NCBI GenBank assembly: GCA_030248215.1
Contig: JASANG010000627.1
Span: 186,001-250,000 of the forward strand
DNA length: 64,000 nucleotides
Reading direction: 5' to 3'
Source of the DNA: Enoplolaimus lenunculus
Lineage: Eukaryota
Each line of letters opens with the position of its first letter. Within the stretch, counting starts at the first letter, position 1. Below are positions 1 to 12,516 of this stretch, piece by piece. The notes under the pieces are model-generated. The model was not told the DNA's origin. It made no database searches and saw only the letters and a program-made list of their open reading frames with translations. A program made the translations under genes and the position numbers.

Positions 1-2274
1 CAGAATACATTCTTTGCTCCAGCTTGTAAGATCCCCGACTAGACAGGACAAAATTCTAGACCTTGTTTTGACAAATCAGGCACAAATAATATCCTCCGTT
101 AGCGTAGATGTTCCGTTTTCCACTAGCGACCATAGTTCAGTAAACTTTGATGTAACGTATGTAAGCAAGCTGCGCGTTGAGTCGAAAACAAACGTGTTGC
201 ATAGTAAAGCAGATCGTATTGCAATCTCCAGGTCGCTTTTAGCGCTGAACCTTACCAATCTCGCTAAGAACCGACAATCAGTTAACGCCATTTGGAGTTA
301 TTTTAAAAAATTTATTGGTGATTTAATAGCTAGATTCATAGCGGTTATCAGTTTTAAAGGGAATTGCGCTAGAAGTTATCCTGCACATATACAGCGTGAT
401 TTAAATCGAAAAAAAGTTCTTTGGCGTCTGACTCGGGTTGGTGGATCACTACTCGCTTACAAACGGCAAGCAGCTAAGTGTGCTAAGCTTACAAAAAATT
501 ATCGCCTTCGCTGTGAGCGAAACGCGTTAAAAAGTAAACGACCTGGAGCTTTATATAGGTTCATTAATCTAGGTTGAAAAGCAGATGTGATATTGCACCT
601 ATACACAATCAAGGCACAATTGTGTTTGATAACGGCCTTAAATGCTCTCTGTTTAATGAATATTTCTGCTCTGTCTTTACTTGTGACGATAATTATGTAC
701 CCGGTGTTCCCCTTAGGGTGAACAAGTACCTCGAGGGTGTAGATTTTTCTCCTGGAATCATTGAATTTTACTTACGAAAATTAACTGCAAAGACCAGCCA
801 CACCCCGGACGGTATCAATTGCTATATGTTGAAACACTATGCCACTGAGTTCGCTTCTCATCTCGCCCTTATTTTTCAGTTATCATTTGATTCTGGTACC
901 TTGCCGGCTGACTGGTTGCTAGCCGACGTGGTCCCAGTATATAAAAAGGTTCTTGTAGCCTAGTTTCCAATTATCGTCCCATTTCCTTGACCAGTGCATG
1001 CTGTAAGGTTATGGAAAGAGTTTTTGAACAATAACAATCTGTTTTCAAAAAAGCAGTATGGTTTTCTGCCTAAAAGATCCACCTGTAGTCACTTGATCCA
1101 GACAACCCACAGTCTAGCACTTTTTCTAAACAATAGTAGCTACATGGGGGCGGATGTTATATATAGACTTTGCCAAAGCATTTGACACTGTGAATCATAG
1201 AAAGGTTTTGATAAAACTTTCCTCATATGGGCTTAGAGGTTCACTCTTGCGTTGGATAAACGCGTTTCTTCAAAATCGTACTCAGCGGGTTAAAATCGGT
1301 GACTGCTATTCTACACGCGAGCCGGTTACTTCTGGGGTCCCGCAAGGTTCTGTATTGGGTCCTATGTTATTTTTAGTTTATATCAATGATATTCTTGATC
1401 TTTTACATGATGTACATGCTGAGATGTACGCAGACGATTTGAAACTATATGTAGGAATTACTAGGTCTGACCCGCTGAAATCTCGGAGCACACTACAAAA
1501 TGCGTTGGATATCGTTCATGATTATGCTAATACGTGGCAATTAAAAATTGCCGTGAATAAATGCAAAGTTGTGCATTTTCGCTGCGCTAACGAACCTTTG
1601 AATGTTCGCTACTGTATTGGCAGCGAGGTCCTTGCCAGCGCAAATGAGGTAAATGATCTTGGAGTTATTTTCGAGCGTTCATTGAAATTTTCTAGGCACT
1701 GTGATTATATAGCTCATAAAGCAAACAAGACAATAAACATACTTTTAGATGCTTCCAGTCTTTCTCACTATCCCAGTATATATCTGCGTATAAGTCATTT
1801 GTTATTCCAATATTGGATTATTGTTCAAATGTATGGAACCCTGTTTTGCTGTGTGATATTGACAAAATTGAGAAAGTACAGCGCTATTTTACTAGAAGAC
1901 TCTATTTCAAATTTAAATTAGGAGACAAAACTTACCGTTCTAGGCTAGGGGAACTTGAGCTTGAATCGTTAGAATATCGCCGACTAAAGTCCGATTTAGC
2001 CATGTTGTATAAGCTTATTTTTAAGGAACTTGATCTGCATATAGATAGCCGTTTGCAGTTTTCTGGAAGTTCTCGCACCAGGAAAAACGACCTTAGCTTG
2101 AATTTTCCGCAGTTCTTTAATTTAGCTGGTCGTGGCTCGTTCTTCTATCGGGTTGTATCCTCCTGGAATAGCCTACCTAACAATATAAATGGGCTCCCCT
2201 CCCGGTTCCCCGAGCATGTTCACTTGCCCAGTTTCTTCGACGACTCCCTCGCGACGCACTTAAAACATTTCTGA
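1..2274 (+). mobile_element. Degenerate non-LTR retrotransposon (CR1-clade LINE), ORF2 endonuclease tail plus reverse transcriptase; runs off the window start
   Basis: Consecutive frameshifted ORFs carry LDLVLTN..SDH (APE end), TPDGI, QYGFLPKRST, YIDFAKAFDTVNH, SGVPQGSVLGPMLFLVYIND, YADDLK, DLGV, YCSNVWNP, IEKVQRYFTRRL and LESLEYRRLKSDL. About four frame breaks. Confidence 0.93.
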
Positions 2275-2553
2275 AGTATGACCGCCATGAACAGTTAACC
2301 TTGACTTTGACTTCGCGAGCGATTCTGCCTAGACTGATACTCCGTACCCAAAAAACTGTTTGGCGTTGTTTACATATTATGCGAGTTTCCCACAAGACTC
2401 CTTCATTTTGCTTACCTCTTTAATATATTAGGCTGACTACATACCGGAGCCGCGACTGTTATAACAGCTTAAATTTCCCAGCACCCGCTCACTAGCTATG
2501 TATTAAAAATTATACAAACTTATCATCCATGATGCTTGTCCGATAATTTTTGA

Positions 2554-2818
2554 GGCCCAAGTATAGAACAGGACCGGATCGTTTCCGAAGGTGCTATAAT
2601 AGAGTCAGTTTAAGCTTTAGGCTATTTTTTGCTTACGTTTTAGGCTTAGGCTTAGGCTTAGGCTTAGTAATAGGCTCATCCGTACGCTTAGGCTTAGGCT
2701 TAGGCTTAGGCTTAGGAATAGGCTCATCCGTAAGGTTAGGCTTAGGCTTAGGCTTAGGTTTAGGCTTATGAGTATGCTTTTACTAACTACTGTTGTGGCC
2801 ATGTTATATACATGGGCC
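2554..2818 (+). mobile_element. TTAGGC-carrying MITE (GGCC-ended family), copy 1
   Basis: Starts GGCCCAAGTATAGAACAGG, ends ATGTTATATACATGGGCC; three internal (TTAGGC)n tracts separated by ATAGGCTCATCCGTA. Confidence 0.85.
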
Positions 2819-4140
2819 GGTCCGCGCATATGCCGCAGGGTCTATAGGCAGATGGATGCAGGGGCTGCCCCTCTGTAGCCAAATTAGCACTTTTTATTCC
2901 CCCACTTGAGAAACTCGCTCGCAGTGCCGGAGCAGACAGGAGAACCTCCGGCAGATATTCTTTTGGAGCCACCACCTTTAACATATGCACTACTTTCGAA
3001 TCGACTAACCAATGTTTCTGCAATCCACCTTTATGTCGAATTATGATATTCAAGTACAAAAGGCGACTTACACATATGATAGGAGACAACGATAAATTTT
3101 TTAATTTGATATGGGAATTTTATATAAACAAAATGTTACATAATAGTTTAAATTGGTCAAACTCAAACACTCAACCATGCGTCGAGCTATACCGCGCGTA
3201 AATAAAATAAAAGGCCTAGTTTTTAATACTTCAAGAAAGCAAAACAATTAGCAAGCTATGTTAAATTAAACATCATGTCGCGTAATGTTTTTCCCTTAAT
3301 ATGCATGTTAGGCCGTCTTACTGCTCTGCGCTCTGTGTGTAAACACTATTGGCTATGCACGTGCCAAAACGACTATGACTGGAGTGAGTGACACTTACTA
3401 GTTTTTTATTGCTCGTTGCTATCAATCGTGGCTCATGTCATTCTAAATGTTCAAAACTAAAGATTGGGCAAAAGCTCGTGATGTACTAATTAATGGGCAC
3501 TGGCATCGGGAATATAGGTACTTCTCGTAAGTATTTGCATTAGTACTACAAAAAATTCCCGATACTTTTGGCACTGATAAGTTGGGTAGGTTAGAGTACG
3601 ACGGTTTTGAGTGAGAAGTTGCAGTTGAAAATGAGAGTTCTAACGAGGTTTCGATCCCATGACCCATGGCCGACATATTCAAACCACGATAATCTAATTC
3701 AGAGTAAGTTACCTCCTTGTTAGCGCGTTTACTTGGAAACAAGCATCTTGCGTTTATGTTTGCAAAATAATGGAAGTGAACCGTTCCACCGAAGCCAGCT
3801 GAATACCGTCATCGAGGTTATCACAGGATGCGACCGGATATTAATTGACAGCAGTTTTATAAGATTCGGCGCCACAATTGTAAATATATCTCTTACCCAT
3901 TAGGTTTATACCAGACAGATAACATTTTCGGATTCGGGCACCTTTATGTGTATTTTCAACCGATTAATGTAATTATTGTGGTTTAAGAATTAACTTATAG
4001 CCAGCATATTGTATATACAGTTATAAAATATCACTTACTTTTAACTGCATTGGGATTACCGCCAGCGTTGCACTATATAAAGTGTTAAATGTTAGGCGAA
4101 GTTTATACGAGCTATTTTTACACACACGTGAGTGCAAAGC

Positions 4141-6543
4141 ATGGCGCGTTCTGGCGATGTATTAATGGTTGACGCTAGCTCTACGCAAAACCTAATGATG
4201 AACCGGCATCATATCACCACTTCGCACCATCAAGCAACAATTACTAGTGATATCTACAACGCGTTTGTTGTTCGAGACTATCACGGTCTTCACCTAAATG
4301 GCGGATGGCGGCCTCCGGTTTTGGGCGCCCCGAATCTCAATTCAACATCATATCATGTTGCAAAAGACATTGTTTATTATCGTTGTATGGAACAGCATGT
4401 CGGCTGGCCATCTCGGCTAGAACCGCCATCGGAGCCGCCGTGTGTGTACGCTCAAGCAATGCGAACTATTAGCGACGACGTACAAGATAAGTATCAAGAT
4501 GTATTTGATTCAATGGCGGATGAGTTACAAGTGTCTCCTCGTGCGTTGTATTCTTCGTTTTTGAGCGTCTGTGAAGAGTTGTTTCGCGACGGTTTCAGTT
4601 TTGGACGGTATGCTGTCCCCGATGGGCGGATTTTTTTAAATTTTCATTGCGTGTTTGCACTTTTATTCTTTTGATACCTTTGCACATATGGTCAAAGCAC
4701 CTATTACCAGTTGTTTTAGGTCTTGTAAGTTTTAAACAAGACAAAGGTTATCTTTGTAATTTTTCGCATTTTACTTTTGGCTTACCTGAGTGTCGTGAAC
4801 AGGCTTTGAAATCCGCAACTGCTGCAGTGCATTCGTCTGACTCTGATAGCCTGTTCGTAATTGTTGATAGGCACCAAACGCATTTAAGAAAATGCACGCA
4901 TGCCTTGAAAAGCTCATATTATCGGTAGTATCAATTGAAGTATCACAATTATATCCCACATCGCCGGGTTGTAATGATCTCAAAGATTGTTGTTGCATTT
5001 GGTGATTCTGCTCTGTCATAGGCATGGACCATTCTGCATATTTTTCTTTTATAAGAAATGTTGAAATGTTTTTGGGGTGAATAGGGTATACTAACTTTTT
5101 TTGCAAAAATCCCGCCGAAATTCCAAAAATTCACAGGAAAATCAATCCGGATCTATTATAGATTAATCAACTTCAGCAATTAGACTATGTAAATACACAA
5201 CGCGTCTAGCTTCTTGCTCGCGAGGTTTCTGCTACTATAAAAATCGAATCAATCCCTCACTGAACCAGAATCAAAACGTTGTATAAGGATAGAAAGTAAA
5301 ATTGTGCTTGGCGTCTCGCTCGATTCGCTCACGAGTTTATTAAGTTCATTATTATTCATTGTGCTCGCGCCCCACTCTGTCAGAAATTTCCGGATGCATC
5401 AGTGATAAAAACATGGTTAATGAGTACCGCTCGTTTTTACGCTATGTACTTGCTGTGCCCTTGCTTCCAAATGCTTTTTCGAAAACTGGCTTCTAGTGCT
5501 CGCGACGTTCCATGTCAGAAGTTTCCGGATGCATCACTGATAAAAACATGGTTAATGAGTACCGCTCGTTTTTGCGCTATGTACCTGCTGTGCCCCTGCT
5601 TCCAAATGCTTTTTTGAAAACTGGCTGTTACTGAAAGCAAACTTAGAAAATACAATTAAAAGTATATTCCGTGTTATTTTTGCTACCTTCAAATACCGTT
5701 ACCGTATTCTGACCAGCATCCCTCATCTAGTCCGAAACGTTAAAAGTAAAGCCCTTGCCATCTTTATTTTAACTTTTTTTCAGCGAATTTGAAACAAGTA
5801 GAAAATACTGCCAAAATACGCATTGCGATTTTTAAAAACCCAGTGTTGAAATAAAACGTAAGATCAATTTCCTGTTTATTGTTTTTATTAAAATTTACAT
5901 AGTATACTATGCTACGTTTTATTACTGTTTGGTGTTTCAGTTTTGTTGCATTCTACATGTTTGGAAGTTCACTGGCAATCAGATGTCGTCATTTTCGTTA
6001 CGACAACTTAATTGCTCCCTTGCTCGAATGGATGTCCGCGTACGTCGATCAGCAACTTGAGTCGCAGTTGGAAGAAAAGGGCGGTTGGGTAAGTTAGACC
6101 ATCGGCTTATATAACTGTTAAATTTTCTAGCCCTGAACATCGGACAATATGGTCAGTGAATAGCAATAAACTAGACACACACTTCAAAATACAACAAATT
6201 CACGTAGTTTCAGTTTGAGAACAGGATGTAAGACTTGGACTTTTGTTTTGTTGATTGTTTATCGCATTAATTGAACTATGTATGTAGATAATTCTGTCAC
6301 TTATACTGTACAAATATATATTTGGGTTTTCCTACTATACACGTACCTCAATAAATAAATCTGTTGGAAATAATGTAATATTTAGTATTTATTTACATTG
6401 TTTTTCATCATTTTCAGGAAGCATTCCTCCAATTTTGCGAAAAGAAACCTAAATCTCAGGGATGGACAGCAGCGGCGGCTGGATGGGCTCAAAGAGCTTT
6501 CGGTGGCTTAGGAACGTTGCTTGGTGGAGTTATTTTGGAGTGA
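4141..6543 (+). CDS. Bcl-2 family apoptosis regulator (CED-9/Bcl-2-like); exons 4141-4607, 5941-6088, 6418-6543
   Basis: GT-AG joins give a continuous frame: BH3-like AMRTISDDVQDKY, BH1 ELFRDGFSFGR|FVAFYMFG, BH2 LEEKGGW|EAF, hydrophobic Gly-rich C-terminus, TGA at 6541. Confidence 0.9.
5361..5627. repeat. Two-copy tandem duplication (~135-bp unit) in Bcl-2-like intron 1
   Basis: GTGCTCGCG...TGTCAGAA.TTTCCGGATGCATCA.TGATAAAAACATGG...AAAACTGGCT occurs twice in tandem. Confidence 0.85.
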
Positions 6544-7249
6544 CCTAAAACAAAACTGAAATTCCTGCGATTAAATTCTTGAAAATTGGAACGTGTTTTA
6601 TTGAAGTTCGCTAAAACTGTGTGATTGTTAGTTGAAACATGTTTCTAAACAATAGCATGAGTTGAAATTTATTATAGTTCGAAATACTAAACACCTATTG
6701 CCAACCAAGAACTATATGATTACAATTAAAAACGTTCGTGAAAACTACATTAACTCTGGTTAAATCATATTGCCAGTTAAAATAATAAGTCCGCTTAAAT
6801 TTTCTCTTTGGCTTTAAAGGTAAAGCTGAATGTTTAAATTGGTCCGTTGCTATTGTCATAATTTCTCAAGTTCTTCAACTCCAACATAAAATGCATATCA
6901 CAATTTTTTATGAAGACTGCCGCTTTCTTTTAACCAGTGCTGTATATAGTGTTTTCGTGGAAACGTGTACTGGAGTATTGTTTGCTTATCCCTATATGGT
7001 TTGTCCGCTTTCTCGAAATGATAGTGAAACTGTAATACGAAACAAATATCTGGTTGAACATATTGCAAATGTAAGAAAGCAGGGCTGATGAAATATTTTC
7101 ATCCGGAAATTTTTTGTTCACAAATTACGTACTAAGAGTTCTGCCATCATGGAACTTGCTACTCGTTTTTGTGCGAGCAAATGCAATAAATTCTCTTTAT
7201 CTACAACTGCTTGGTGAGGTGTTCTTTCGGCTTGGTTATTCATCTTTGT

Positions 7250-7434
7250 GGCCAATGTAAAGAACAAGGGCGGAACAGTATTATAAGCATATTCCTAATC
7301 CTAAACCTATGCCTAAGCGTAAGAATGAGCATATTTATAAGCCTAAGCCAAGCAAAAAAAGTTAGTCTAAAGCTTGAGCTTACTCTTTTCTAGTCCCATA
7401 GAAAAACGTTCCGCCCCTGATCTTTACATGGGCC
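7250..7434 (-). mobile_element. TTAGGC-carrying MITE, copy 2
   Basis: GGCCAATGTAAAGAACAAGG...CCTGATCTTTACATGGGCC, flanked by perfect 8-bp TSD ATCTTTGT; degenerate GCCTAA interior. Confidence 0.88.
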
Positions 7435-7840
7435 ATCTTTGTTGTGCTTTCTTCGTTCGATGCGATGTATGAGTTCGGTGATAAGTAAATTTCATGGCTT
7501 CTATTCAGGAGCGGATAGTCGTTGTAGAAACAACAGATTTGTAAAGGCAATGGATGCATTGCATTTGGGTGTTAACGTTAGTATAAAATATGGAGCTCAA
7601 CCATTGTTAATAATGAGGTCACGATGGACTAAGGCTGCAAACAAGCAAGGAACGACAGAACTTTGCTTTGAAAAGTTTACTCCCAAAACCCGAAAACGAG
7701 CTTCGAATATTTAATTTGCTGCGAACACTAACACTGCGTCTCAGGCTTTAACAACTTTTACTTTTGTTAGTACCCCAGGGTGTGAAAATGGATTTGGTTG
7801 AGCTTCAGATACCTGAGCTTAAAGTCCTCATGTCTCGCAA

Positions 7841-8081
7841 CACTGAAAAGTTCAATGAATTAATCGACTCAGACGGAAAGTTAGTTATTTCTTAGTTAAA
7901 CATTAGAAAATTTTATCCCACTGAGTTTCGTTCATTCTTATACTTTGAGTTGATTCCGAGGAAGTTGATAATCAGAATGAGTTGAATCAACTCAGATTTC
8001 TGAGTTCTAATAGCCCTGACTCAGACTGAGTGATTCAACACTTTCTGAGTTAAAATCCACTCACTGGAATTTAATACAGTG
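7841..8081 (-). mobile_element. CACTG-ended MITE family B (ACTCAG/CTGAGT-rich), copy 1
   Basis: CACTG...CAGTG termini; reverse-orientation homology to 27243-27603 and 30352-30606. Confidence 0.7.
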
Positions 8082-9067
8082 TAAACATTTCTTTGCAAAC
8101 AAAGAGTGCAGCATATACAAACCAGTGCGGAAAGAATTCCTGTTTTATCAGGGCGCCACCTAAGGTCCAGCTTTGGCAGAAAGGCGAGTTCCGACCTCGG
8201 TTCCGGTAAACATTTATGCCAGAGGTTCAACATTTTCAGCAACGAAATGTTTCATAGTTTTTACAAACATGTTTCGTTTGGAGGGTTCTGCATTAACATT
8301 TACTACAATTTCAAGCTGTTAATTGTCGTGATTTTTTAAAAATAAACCATAAAACATAAATTTAAACAACACTTCACTTTTAATTTCGTTTGAATTCCGG
8401 CTTTGGAAGGTTATGATTACCATTGGCTTACGAGTGAGTAGTTCATTTAATTTAAAATGGGTAAAAAAACAATTCCAGCAAATTTCTAACGTTTTATTTA
8501 ACTGCGTCTCTCAGAACAGAGGTATCGTAGCTATAAAAAATAGTTTTAAAAACTTTAAATTCGTGTGGCTTGCATTTTTATCTCAGTATCACATCTGAAA
8601 ATAATTTTAATGTGACAGATTTTACAAACAATAGACAATATCGTCGACTATACAGCGATATAAAAACGGTTCCGTTTATAGGGGCCCTTAGGGAAATTTT
8701 AAGTTACTTAATGTCCAAAATTGTAAACATCATTTTGGAAGTTTTCTTTGCTTGAGATATAACATTGAAAGTGTAAAAGCTTACAATGTAAAAAGTCATG
8801 TTTCGTCTCTGTCAAGTGTTTGATGCAAATTTTGTATTCTGTTATTCAATTTTACTTTGTCTATTCCACAAATTGCGCATGATCTCTGAGCTGGTTCGAT
8901 CGTAAAAATGGCTTTTCTCGTTTTTTTCTGGAACGAAACGAAAAACGAAATAATTATGAAGAATACAATACAACAGTGTCAGCAGTCTGAAAATCGCATC
9001 GACAAAAAATAATCTTAAATAGCCCACCAGTCTACATGTGAAGACACAATGTATTTTCTGCTATAAA

Positions 9068-9390
9068 GCATCGTTCACAATAAAAAACTCCATTTTGCCA
9101 CCGAAAACATATAAGGTAGGGTTAACCTGTGTCAATTTTCAAAATTGTCATGCGTTAACCTTAACGCACAAATTGCGTTAACCTTAACGCACAAATTACG
9201 TTAACCCTACCCTTAAACGCGTGTGACAAGATGCTCTGTGGCACGTATTAGGATAGGGCTGCGACATGTGCTAGGGTAGTGTTAACGCATTTTTTCAGTT
9301 AGCGCATGACAATTTTGAAAATTGACAAGTGTTAACCCAACCTTTTAATGTTTTCGGTGGCGAAATGAAACTTTTTATAGCGAACGGTGC
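9068..9390. mobile_element. Foldback/MITE-like long inverted repeat
   Basis: ~95-bp arms (GCATCGTTC...GCCACCGAAAACAT...TGTCAATTTTCAAAATTGTCATGCG versus reverse complement at 9300-9390) around GTTAACC sub-repeats. Confidence 0.75.
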
Positions 9391-9473
9391 ATAATGTTCA
9401 ACCATGGCTTCAGCGTATGTCTATTTTAGCAGCTCCCGTTATGCGTGAACTGTCCGAATTTCTTTACACTACC

Positions 9474-9830
9474 AAGACAGTCAAGGCATCCTGCCTTGCC
9501 GGAGTTGCATCCTCTCTACTTAACCAGTCAGAGCCTCTAGATGAATAAAACTGCGGCATTTTTCACACCATATTGCTTGATTTATGCATATATATCTGCA
9601 TCACACGTTCCGCTAGACTATGTAGCGTACTTTCAACTCTGAACTGCTTTACATTAGTTGAGACAGTCAAGGCATCATGACTTGGCGGAATTCCATCCTT
9701 TTACACAACCAGTTATTTGAGTAGCAGACCCTCCAGATTAATGAAACTGTGCCATTTTGCATACCATATTGCATGATCCATGCATTTAATCCGTATCCCA
9801 CGCGTTCCGCTGGACTATGTAGCGTATTTT
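9474..9830. repeat. Diverged two-copy direct repeat (~187-bp period)
   Basis: AGACAGTCAAGGCATC...CGTTCCGCT.GACTATGTAGCGTA at ~9474-9630 and ~9661-9828. Confidence 0.75.
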
Positions 9831-10055
9831 GAGCATGGTTTTTTTATTTTGAGGATTTCACGAATACATCCACGGAAATTCCTTCATTCCCGAGTATAAA
9901 AGGATTGAACGTCCACGTGCATTGAGGATGTATTTTGCCTGTATTGTAGCGGAAGATGGTATGGCATTTGTTAACATTTATATATTCAACGTGTTGAAAA
10001 ATACATAAGTCGGCCTCTATATGTAACAATTTACAGAAAAAATATCAATGCAATC

Positions 10056-10433
10056 CAGCGCCGGATTAAACGGGGGCCGGAAGGCCCGAGCCCAGAGTCT
10101 CCCACCAAAGGGGGTCATCCCACCAACCGAAAACCGACGATATATTTCACTGACAGCAAGCCAACAAAAAATTTTTCGCCCATGAAGATATTTAAACTGT
10201 GAAACGTTCTGTTTGGGCGGCCGACTATTCTTACAGTAACGCCGGTCTTACCTCTACGGGATTTTTGAGTACTGATTAAGCTCTGCTGTATAAAATAATT
10301 ATAGTTAATAATAGTAAATGCTAGTCATATGAGCCCGGGCCTCCTAGTCATACGGTCCCCAGACCTCCTGGTCATATGGGCCCCAGACCTGGTTATATGG
10401 GCCCCGTGCACCCACCACCTTAATCCGGCCCTG
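10056..10433. mobile_element. hAT-like MITE with internal ~21-bp tandem repeats
   Basis: TIR CAGCGCCGGATTAA / TTAATCCGGCCCTG; internal GTCATATGGGCCCCAGACC repeats; no TSD visible. Confidence 0.55.
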
Positions 10434-11193
10434 AGCTGCAGTTGCTCCTTTGCACTACATGTTACGCCAGCAAAGAGCAACTCAATAGCAAGATTATGTG
10501 AGGCAAAATATCGGTTCATAAACATTTATTTGCGTAGTATCGAACGGTATGTTTTCCCATACTTGTTTCATTCGTTGCGACAACTTTTTGCTCAACTACG
10601 GACGAATACGTACTGCCAGACGCCATCCAACGCAGTATAAAACTAACATTTGATAATGCTTCTTCACTCTATTCTGGCTGTTTCACTGAAGTTTCAAGTT
10701 GTGGGTTTGAGTTCGGCACAAAAATACGACATTAAGGTAGCAACAGAAGTTACATCTGCTTTTAATTTAGCTGCATCATGGCCACAGTGAACACAAGCAG
10801 CAAAAACGTCTGATACATCCAATCGAACTGGTATTACAAAATCTGGTAAATCAGCGCCCTTGCCACTAATGCGAAACTCGCTCCGGACAGAAGGCGAGAG
10901 AAAAACCATCTTACAGTTTTCTGCGACGTATTGTCGCTATTAATCTTGCTCAGTTTGAGTCGAGCGATATATTTTGAAAACTTTTCTACAAACTTTATTT
11001 CTGGTCTTAATAGCGACGGAGCTAGGACGTCAAAATTATGAATTATTCAAAACTTCAAATTTGTATCTGAAATGATCATCGAGAATCGACACAAATTCAA
11101 ATCCTCAAGAACATAAAGGATTATCGAATAAACACCCATGCTATCTAACAACTATATATTTTAAAAATCAAAATGTGCAGCCACAAATACTAC

Positions 11194-11237
<44 letters not shown>
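11194..11237. repeat. (AAT)n microsatellite
   Basis: Pure AAT run. Confidence 0.95.
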
Positions 11238-11240
<3 letters not shown>

Positions 11241-12516
11241 CAGCACAGCCAAAATAAGCCAATTAAAATTGTCTTTATCTTGTGCAATAGCCAATCGTAC
11301 GCTGTATTGGTTGATACGACAGAATTTCAATTCGAGCTTGCCCAAGTCGTAACTACGCTTTGGACCAGTTCAATTTGGAAATTGACATAAAATCATGGCT
11401 TGGCTACGACATATATGTACTGCGACGCTTTTATTTCTTAAAACATTTAAAAAGTTTTACCGAGGGTTACGAAACAATACCAAAAGATTGTGTTAAATAG
11501 GATGCGATTGTCACCAAAAGTGACACAATTCGGTTTTAAGCCTAAAACAGCTAATTCTAAAGTCCGTTCTATCTATAACATTAAGGGATCACAAGTTACA
11601 GCCAATGTAAAGCTTGCAAAAAACCAAACTCGCAATGCAGAACTGTAATCAACATTTTTCAACCTAAACTTCGGGAAATAATTTTTCAAATACATTTTCC
11701 ATTTTAAAATTAAGCAGTAAATTACGAAAACTTTTTTGCGATATAGCGGATGTTTATGGATTTTAAGTTAATTTCAATTTAAATTCCGGCTTTAAAATTG
11801 CCGCAAAAGTTTTTAAATACAGGCAAAAATTGCTCGAATGCGACATGCAAATACAGATTTGTATATCCTTTTGGATACAATTTTACATACAAAAAATTAA
11901 CTTTAAACGAAAATCCTAGGGCTGCCATTACGCACATTGGGAGATGAGTACCATCATCCGCTGCGACCATTTATATTCCGCTCTGGTCGAAACAAATTTT
12001 TTTGATAGAATTACAAGTATTCTGAGTCAGGAAAATTTTTGTTGACCCCTCTACAAATGTCCCCCTTTACTAACATTTTGTGATTGCAATGTTGTAAACT
12101 AAAAAAATGATGCAAAATTCGCAACCGCACCATAAAAGTTCTGATATTTAAATTTGTAAAAAAATTGAAAGATTTAATATTTTATTAATATATTAATACC
12201 GAACTTTAATACGTCCTGTTTGTCTAAAGAATCTATCATAATGTTGTGGTTCCTTTTATCTCCTACGCAACTCCTGTTCGATCTGTCCCCTTGGGCAGTT
12301 ATATTTGACTGAAAATATTTGAGGAATAAAAATCGCGTTTTTTTTCTTTTTTTTTCAAATAAGAAACATTTTATTAAATTTATTTTCAATTTGTGGTTCT
12401 TTCTGCAATTTGCGTGTGACTGACTGTAATGTTAATGATGTAATAGGTTAATCACGCATCGTTCGGCGGACTAATTTTTATCCTCTGCGTTCAATTCAAG
12501 CTTTTAGGCCATCGTA

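Noticed and set aside
2639..2768. True telomere or telomere-fusion scar; LGLGLG and SLSLSL ORFs
   Set aside because: The tracts are short and enclosed by MITE TIRs; the ORFs are translations of the hexamer.
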